Shown here in pieces: positions 56,881 through 64,000 of a stretch of 64,000 nt of DNA. Position 1 is the first letter of the stretch, and the number at the start of each line of letters is the position of its first letter. The translations under genes and the position numbers were made by a program. Below the pieces are notes generated by a model. It was not told where the DNA came from and did not search any database. It saw only the letters and a list, made by a program, of their open reading frames with translations. The DNA is from Octopus vulgaris (taxonomy: Eukaryota): the NCBI GenBank assembly GCA_951406725.2, contig OX597819.1:15996001-16060000 (forward strand), in the 5' to 3' direction.

Positions 56881-57306
56881 GGCACAGGAGTGGCTGTGTG
56901 GTAAGTAGCTTGCTAACCAACCACATGGTTCCGGGTTCAGTCCCACTGCGTGGCATCTTGGGCAAGTGTCTTCTGCTATAGCCCCGGGCCGACCAATGCC
57001 TTGTGAGTGGATTTGGTAGACGGAAACTGAAAGAAGCCTGTCGTATATATGTATATATATATATATAAGTGTGTGTGTATATGTTTGTGTGTCTGTGTTT
57101 GTCCCCCTTGCATTGCTTGACAACTGATGCTGGTGTGTTTACGTCCCCGTCACTTAGCGGTTCGGCAAAAGAGACCAATAGAATAAGTACTGGGCTTACA
57201 AAGAATAAGTCCCAGGGTCGATTTGCTCGACTAAAAGGCGGTGCTCCAGCATGGCCGCAGTCAAATGACTGAAACAAGTAAAAGAGTAAAAAGAGTAAAA
57301 GAAGAG
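56881..57306 (+). mobile_element. SINE family A, full length
   Basis: Aligns with 6189-6583. Confidence 0.9.
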
Positions 57307-57364
57307 TATGTGTGTATTTATGTACGTATAATTGCAGATTTGTATGTTTTTTTTTATGTATGTA

Positions 57365-57963
57365 TTCTTATGCATATAGTTTCGTATCTAGACATGCTCA
57401 TATATACTTAAATAATAAAGGAAAGTTTTACAGATTTTTACAGTTCCAATGATGGATTCGATCTGTAGTCTTCGAATTAGCTTCCTCCTTCCTGGTTTTG
57501 AGAAGCCTAATTTCTCAAGATTGGTATTTAGGCAGTGTGTTACATATCCCGGAGCCCCAATAATTACAGGTACAAACCTGAACCTGTAATCCGGATCGAG
57601 TAACTGCAGGTTTCTCAATAGTTCAGTATAGGTGTTCTCTTTTTCACTGATCTTCATCTTTATGTTAACATCCGCTGAGCAGCTAATTTTCACACTCTAA
57701 ACAGTTTCTCTTCTCTATCCCAGATCATTATATTAAGTCTGTTGTGCTTTTCACTATTGAGGTTTTCACTGGGACATTCCACCAGGACTCCTTTTTATTA
57801 TGAATGCCTATGGCTTTTACCATACTGTGGGTTCTTATTTCTTTGACCTCGGGGTTATATTTCCAACAGGCTTCATTATAGTGTCCTAGCTACAACATCC
57901 TGTCTCATCGGTAGATAATACCGGGATTACATTTTCGGACAACTGCTTATGACATGGGTGATC
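57365..57963 (-). mobile_element. RLE-type non-LTR retrotransposon 3' fragment
   Basis: ITHVISSCPK, KISEKENTY..L, FVPVIIGAPG. Confidence 0.75.
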
Positions 57964-58017
57964 TGTATGCATGTATGTATAAACACTCACACATATCAAT
58001 GTCCCGTATCTAATGTT

Positions 58018-58332
58018 CATGTGTTGTTTAAACGCCAGAATCTGCGATCTTTCGTACAGAAAATATCCCTTTAAAGATGTATAGTGCTAAAAAGACACAA
58101 TATACCTCATACGAGTGATTTCGATTTCGTTTCAGAAGTGACGCGAGTGAGTGGCATTGATAAGTCATAAATACAACGTAAATAATTTTCTGCCGCACTC
58201 GTAATCATTTCTGGGTCGATTTCGTTTTGCCTCACTCTGAGGCATATTGTGTTTCTTTTTAATACTATACGTCTGTCAAGGGATTTTTTCCAGACGAGAA
58301 ATCGCAGCTTCTGGCGTTTAAAAAACACACGT
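58018..58332. mobile_element. Foldback/MITE-like element with ~100-bp imperfect inverted arms
   Basis: AAACGCCAGAATCTGCGAT..CACAATATACCTCA versus the reverse complement of 58235-58320. Confidence 0.7.
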
Positions 58333-58884
58333 ACGTTATATATGTGATATTAATAATGTTTACATTATAGGACTGCTTGTATTGCATAATTTGAATTTAT
58401 ATACATACACACATATATACAAACATACATACATATACTTATATATACATACATAAATACATACATACACACACACACATATATATATACACGCACACAT
58501 ATATACATGCAATCCTGCAAGAATACATACACACACACACATATGTATATGCATGCATATATACATGCATATATACATACATACAATTTATGCACAACAA
58601 AAGCATTATTAGATTTAAATAACTATCAGTGCATCATACTTTAAATAAAGAAATCGGAAATTTATTAGCAGTTTTCGTCCGGATATAATATTTCCTATGT
58701 ACATGCTGTGTTTAAAAACAATAAATATTGGAGGCAGACAAACATTGTCCTAGCAGCGGATTGGTCAGAATGCTAGCTGCATTTCTATCTCATTGGTCGT
58801 TGACAATAGCATGCAAATACAACCAGCCTCATGAGAACTGAGAGAGAGAGAGAGGGGGGGAGATAAATAGAGACAAACAGACAG

Positions 58885-58914
<30 letters not shown>

Positions 58915-58917
<3 letters not shown>

Positions 58918-59120
58918 AAGTTAATCCAAACAAGAAAACAGAAAAGACAACAACGCAAAGAGGTGGAACAATTAAAGTATTATTAGGCGCTCAGGAAAAA
59001 AAGGGAAGAAGGAGGGTATGACGTTTCGAGCGGAGCTCTTCGTCGGAAACATAAGAGAAAGAAAGAACCCGAGGTGGGAGGACAGAGGGAAAAAAAACGC
59101 GAGTGGTCTTCACGAGGTAA
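58915..59120 (-). mobile_element. (TA)n-associated short element with HHR-like motif (family H2; older copy at 46890-47100, + strand)
   Basis: Minus strand GTTT CCGACGA A GAGC TCC GCTC GAAA CGTC ATAC at 59017-59050. Confidence 0.65.
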
Positions 59121-59138
59121 ACATACTGAAAGGCGGCA

Positions 59139-59320
<182 letters not shown>

Positions 59321-59729
59321 CATCTCAAAAATGGTCTGAAGAACACCAAAGGCTATTCGGGCTATTTTTGTCAATTGCATGTACTCGCAGTCAGCCACAT
59401 ATTCGGACGAGAATCAGTCGTGAGTGGCGGCGAGTAAGCACCATTGAAAAGACCACAAGAGGCCAAAATGCATCTGGCGCTCTTCTCGCCACTGCTGAGA
59501 GGAATTTGTATTCTTTATGCTGTTGTTTATTGTTTGTTTTTGTTCTCAAATATTTTAAAATTGTATTTTATAGCTGTATTTGTTACTATTTGTGTGCTTT
59601 TGTTGTTGATATATCTATGATTATATATTTTGGGGGGTGAGGGTGGGGTGTCTGCTTGAAATAGTAGGGAAATAAAAAAACTTGGAAATTTTTTAATAAA
59701 TTTAGGACGTTCTATCTTCTTAGAGCAAA

Positions 59730-59960
59730 ACTATAACATTTTTACCTTTCTGGACTTCAAATTGGACATTGGTACTGGACTTCGTCATTCTTACCATAAA
59801 CCAAATGGAGAGGTCCAATACGTGAATCTGAAATTCAACTATTCAAGAGCTGTGATTAATTCCATAACAGAAGTATCTCATTCGGAATATCAAAGCTCTC
59901 CGCTAAAGAGGAGATTTTCTTACAGAATATGGAATATTTTGACGGCGTTTTAGCTAGGGC
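59730..59960 (+). mobile_element. Penelope-like RT thumb fragment
   Basis: TFLDFKLDIGTG..YHKPNGEVQYVN. Confidence 0.7.
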
Positions 59961-60299
59961 AGGATGTTCCTAGAAGATCTAGTATATTCCCGAGGTAAAC
60001 ACTAAAAACAGCGAGAAACATTAGAATATGATAGTCGATGCATAAAAGAAATAAAAATCATGGTAACATGAATGATTATAAGAATGGACATAGGAATAAT
60101 ATTGCTCATAACCAGGATAAAGGTTAGAAACATATGGTGAAGACAGCACACCAAGCGAATAATGAAGCTTACCTTCCAATCAAAAGGATAAATCGTTTAA
60201 ATAACTCTATTGTCTCCCGTGAACGCCGTGGAAAATATCTGGATAACTCACAGACTGGTCACTAGCCAGGCACATGTAAACGGGCTAAGCATAGCAATA

Positions 60300-60640
60300 C
60301 ACTCGCCTCCTTATGAGAGCTCAAAATCTCTCGTGGAAGCGCCATCCAACCAAAATGCAAATATATGGGAAACTACCACCTGTGTCATCTCTTGTGAAAG
60401 GTAGGAGAGTCCAGTTTGCTGGACATTGTTGTAGAGCTGAAAAAGAAGTAATTTCTACTCTTCTCCTCTGGAAGCCATCTACTCGCAATACCAGAGGGCG
60501 CACACTCTCCTACCCTGATGTAATCTCCAGGGAAACAGGCATCCAGCAACAGGACCTCCATAATGCCATGATGGACCGTGAAGTCTAGCGTAGCATGGTA
60601 AATTCCATTGTCTCGACCACGGTCGAACAATGATGGATGA
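60300..60640 (+). mobile_element. RTE-group LINE 3' fragment
   Basis: NLSWKRHPTKMQIYG..RRVQFAGHCCR..LLLWKP..MMDRE; short (TGA)n tail. Confidence 0.75.
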
Positions 60641-60782
60641 TAGCAATAAGGCGTTTAACTCTGAGAACAACCACAATATTTCATGCAACCAGGAGGGAAC
60701 TAATGTACACGAAAATAAACTTTACTAGCATTAATTATAGTAACAAATTAAAGAGAAACAGAGAACACAATAAAAAAAAAAT

Positions 60783-60897
60783 TGTTCCCAAATTTTGGTA
60801 CAAGGCCGGCAACTTCGGGGAATTGGTTAAGTTGATTACATCGACTGCAGTACTCAATTGGTACTTCTTTTATCGACCTCGAAATGATGAAAGGTAA
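60783..60897 (-). mobile_element. SINE family B, 3' fragment (tail GGCCTTGTACCAAAATTTG)
   Basis: Body and tail similarity. Confidence 0.7.
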
Positions 60898-61195
60898 ACC
60901 CCCTTTCTAGCAGGTATAGTAAGATATTCAATTCCGTGAAGTTTGCATGTCATATTTCACTGCACCTAATTTAGTGGTTCTTAACTTGGAAAAACTGAAC
61001 ATCTTTAAAATAAATGAACTTACGTGTATTTATTCTGAGCGCATAAAACAATCGGGGTCTCCCTTTCATGGAACATATCTATCGGGTATTGATAGCAGGT
61101 TGATATCTTGGTATCTCCTCAGGGTAATAACAATAATAACAGTAACATTAATATAATAAGATCTCCTATAAATGCATACGTAATAATATGGATGG

Positions 61196-61474
61196 AAGCA
61201 CTCCGTCGGTTACGACGACGAAGGTTCCGGTTGATCCGAATCAACGGAACAGCCTGCTCGTGAAATTAACGTGTAAGTGGCTGAGCACTCCACAGACACG
61301 TGTACCCTTAACGTAGTTCTCGGGGATATTCAGCGTGATACAGAGAGTGACAAGGCCGGCCCTTTGAAATACAGGTACAACAGAAACAGGAAGTAAGAGT
61401 GAGAGAAAGTTGTGGTGAAAGAGTACAGCAGGGATCACCACCATCCCCTGCAGGAGCCTCGTGGAGCTTTAGGT
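61196..61474 (-). mobile_element. SINE family C, 5'-truncated
   Basis: Nearly identical to 28646-28925. Confidence 0.9.
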
Positions 61475-61519
61475 ACGTAATAATATATCTAATTATGGGA
61501 CCATGGTAACCGCTTCCTG

Positions 61520-61850
61520 AAGAATCAGTGCTAAGGAAGAATATTATAAGAGCTCAGTGAAATAACCTGAGAGCGCCTACTACTACATAGACGCTTCTGC
61601 CACAAGATTCAAGGAAAGATCACACAAGCATATTCATTCTTTTAAATACAAAAGAATTGAAAACAGTACATCATTGGCCAGTTTCACATATTTCGTGGTC
61701 TCCTGTAAGTAGTGCTCTTCCTTACAGAAGGGGTGGTGGGAGTTGTAATATGTATTATTGGTGGAGGGTTTGACTTACTCAATTACAAATCCAGCTTAAT
61801 TAACAAACTTATTTAATAAAATGTTCTTAAAATTTCCACACCAAAATCTC
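61520..61850 (+). mobile_element. Penelope-like GIY-YIG fragment
   Basis: YYYIDASATRFKERSHKHIHSFKYKRIENSTSLA; may continue 59730-59960. Confidence 0.65.
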
Positions 61851-62200
61851 ACATAATTAACTTACCTGGATATGAATAAGTACTCATTTCCTAATTTTAA
61901 TCTTTAATTTAATTCTTAACTATTACACCTAACGTAATCCAGTTTAATATCTTATTTAATTGAATTCACTTTAACGGTAATAAACCTGATATTTCTCGAA
62001 AAAAATAGTGAGATGGATAATTATCCATAATTTCTACTCACCGTTACTGTGTACGCAGCCGATACTTCCCTGTATCCTCTTCTGGTTACTTAAACACAAA
62101 TCTCTACTGCAGATTGACCGCTAGGCTATGTTCTCACAGATTAGCATATCCCAGCACTTGATGACATCTTGACCTCACAGATACATTTAGAATATATATA

Positions 62201-62617
62201 CTCTTTACTCTTTTACTCTTTTACTTGTTTCAGTCATTTGACTGCGGCCATGCTGGAGCACCGCCTTTAATCGAGCAACTCGACCCCGGGACTTATTCTT
62301 TTGTAAGCCCAGTACTTATTTTATCAGTCTCTTTTGCCGAACCGCTAAGTAACGGGGACGTAAACACACCAGCATCGGTTGTCAAGCAATGCTAGGGGGA
62401 CAAACACAGACACACAAACACACACACGCATATGTATATACATATATACGACGGGCTTCTTTCAGTTTCCGTCTACCAAATCCACTCACAAGGCTTTGGT
62501 CGGCCCGAGGCTATAGTAGAAGACACTGACACTTGCCCAAGGTGCCACGCAGTGGGACTGAACCCGGAACCATGTGGTTGGTAAACAAGCTACTTACCAC
62601 ACAGCCACTCCTGCGCC
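62201..62617 (-). mobile_element. SINE family A, full length
   Basis: Reverse complement aligns with 6189-6583. Confidence 0.9.
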
Positions 62618-62893
62618 TACATATATGTAAAAAAAAAAGCGCAACAAGAATGATGCCTGTTATCTACAATCCTACTTCCACAGTTATATTCGTAGCATCT
62701 TCTGAAAATCTAGCACAATGATATTTTTAAAGAAAATGATTGGAGGCTAACTGTTCCGTTAATTAATTGATTAATTAATTGATTGATTATGCATAAAAGC
62801 CACTGTATAGTGTGAAAAAACAGTTTCTTAAGCTATTTGAAACGTCCGTAAATGAATAAATTTATGCAAGAATATAATTTCTCATTCTTGCTC

Positions 62894-62991
<98 letters not shown>

Positions 62992-63156
62992 CCGGATCGG
63001 AGTGATATCGAGATTAAACAGCCGAAATTACTAAGATGATCCGGTTCCCGACTGAAGATTAGAGGTTTCGAGTGACCCGTCGGTTTTTTGTGTCGTCTCC
63101 TTGTGTGTTTTTGCGTTCTTGTCCCACTTTGTAATTTATATCTTATATCAAATGCT

Positions 63157-63244
<88 letters not shown>

Positions 63245-63401
63245 GCATACAAGATTCTCTAGAGACAACGTAAGAAAAACTCCGCTTTATATTACATTCA
63301 CCTGTATTCGTCTAACTGCTTCCATTCTGCTTGGACACATTAGAACTAGCATCAGATAAACCCTGCAGGAAATGTAGACCGATATGTAGCAGACGACTCA
63401 C

Positions 63402-63458
63402 CATTTCTCTGCAATAAGGTACTGACAGTATTTCCACATTTGAACCATTCCAGGGCTA
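63402..63458 (-). other. Candidate short exon of an unidentified host gene
   Basis: Long T-rich tract, TAGTAG acceptor, 54/57 nt, ATG|GTGAGT donor; the 54-nt form is open in all frames. Confidence 0.35.
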
Positions 63459-63906
63459 CTATTTTAAGCAGGAAATATAAGAAAAATAAAACAAGACAAT
63501 AAATATATTAAGAAAACAAACAAGGAAATAATAACAAATACAAAACACAATAAAAACACGAAGTGGAAAATAAAAGCAAACTCAATAACAATAAGCAACA
63601 CAAATAAGAAGGCGAAGAAGAAAATATAAAATGCAAAGAAAGGGAAAACGAAATCTTAATGGTTTCTCACTCCCTTTATACTCTCTCTCTCCCCCTCTCT
63701 CCTCTTTCTCTCTCTCTCTCCTCTTTCTCTTACCGCACACACGTGACACGTACATATGTCTGCACCTATAAACACACACACGCGCGCGCACACACAGACA
63801 CACATATGTAGGTGTGTGTGCGTGTGTGTAATTAGTGTATATAAATATTGTGTGTATATATATGTATATATATATATATCTATGTATAAATAAATATATA
63901 TATATA

Positions 63907-63942
<36 letters not shown>

Positions 63943-64000
63943 GTATATATACGTATATATATATATATATATATATAGTTACACACACACGCATATATAT

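Overview
AT-rich eukaryotic non-coding DNA dominated by microsatellites and transposon remnants. The SINE families and repeat landscape look like an octopus/coleoid cephalopod genome (inference). No intact protein-coding gene is evident, and most six-frame ORFs are microsatellite artefacts. The window contains three tRNA-derived SINE families (about 28 copies), fossils of Penelope-like elements (PLE), R4/Dong-type restriction-like-endonuclease (RLE) LINEs, Tx1/L1-type, CR1-type and RTE-type LINEs, a Gypsy pol remnant, pogo/Tigger and mariner remnants, three Helitron-like elements and MITEs. Main observations: (1) more than a dozen hammerhead-ribozyme (HHR) motifs from several short element families, mostly next to (TA)n/(AAT)n, including one structurally complete HHR, one with a compensatory U3-A8 core and a family with U fixed at core position 6; (2) a PLE whose terminal repeat joins a tRNA-like Pol III promoter, (AAT)n and a HHR; (3) a (CTAT)n-associated Tx1-like LINE sharing its 3' tail with a SINE that also forms dimers and a 185-bp tandem array; (4) a templated mosaic insertion. 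A few minus-strand candidate exons suggest the window may be intronic.
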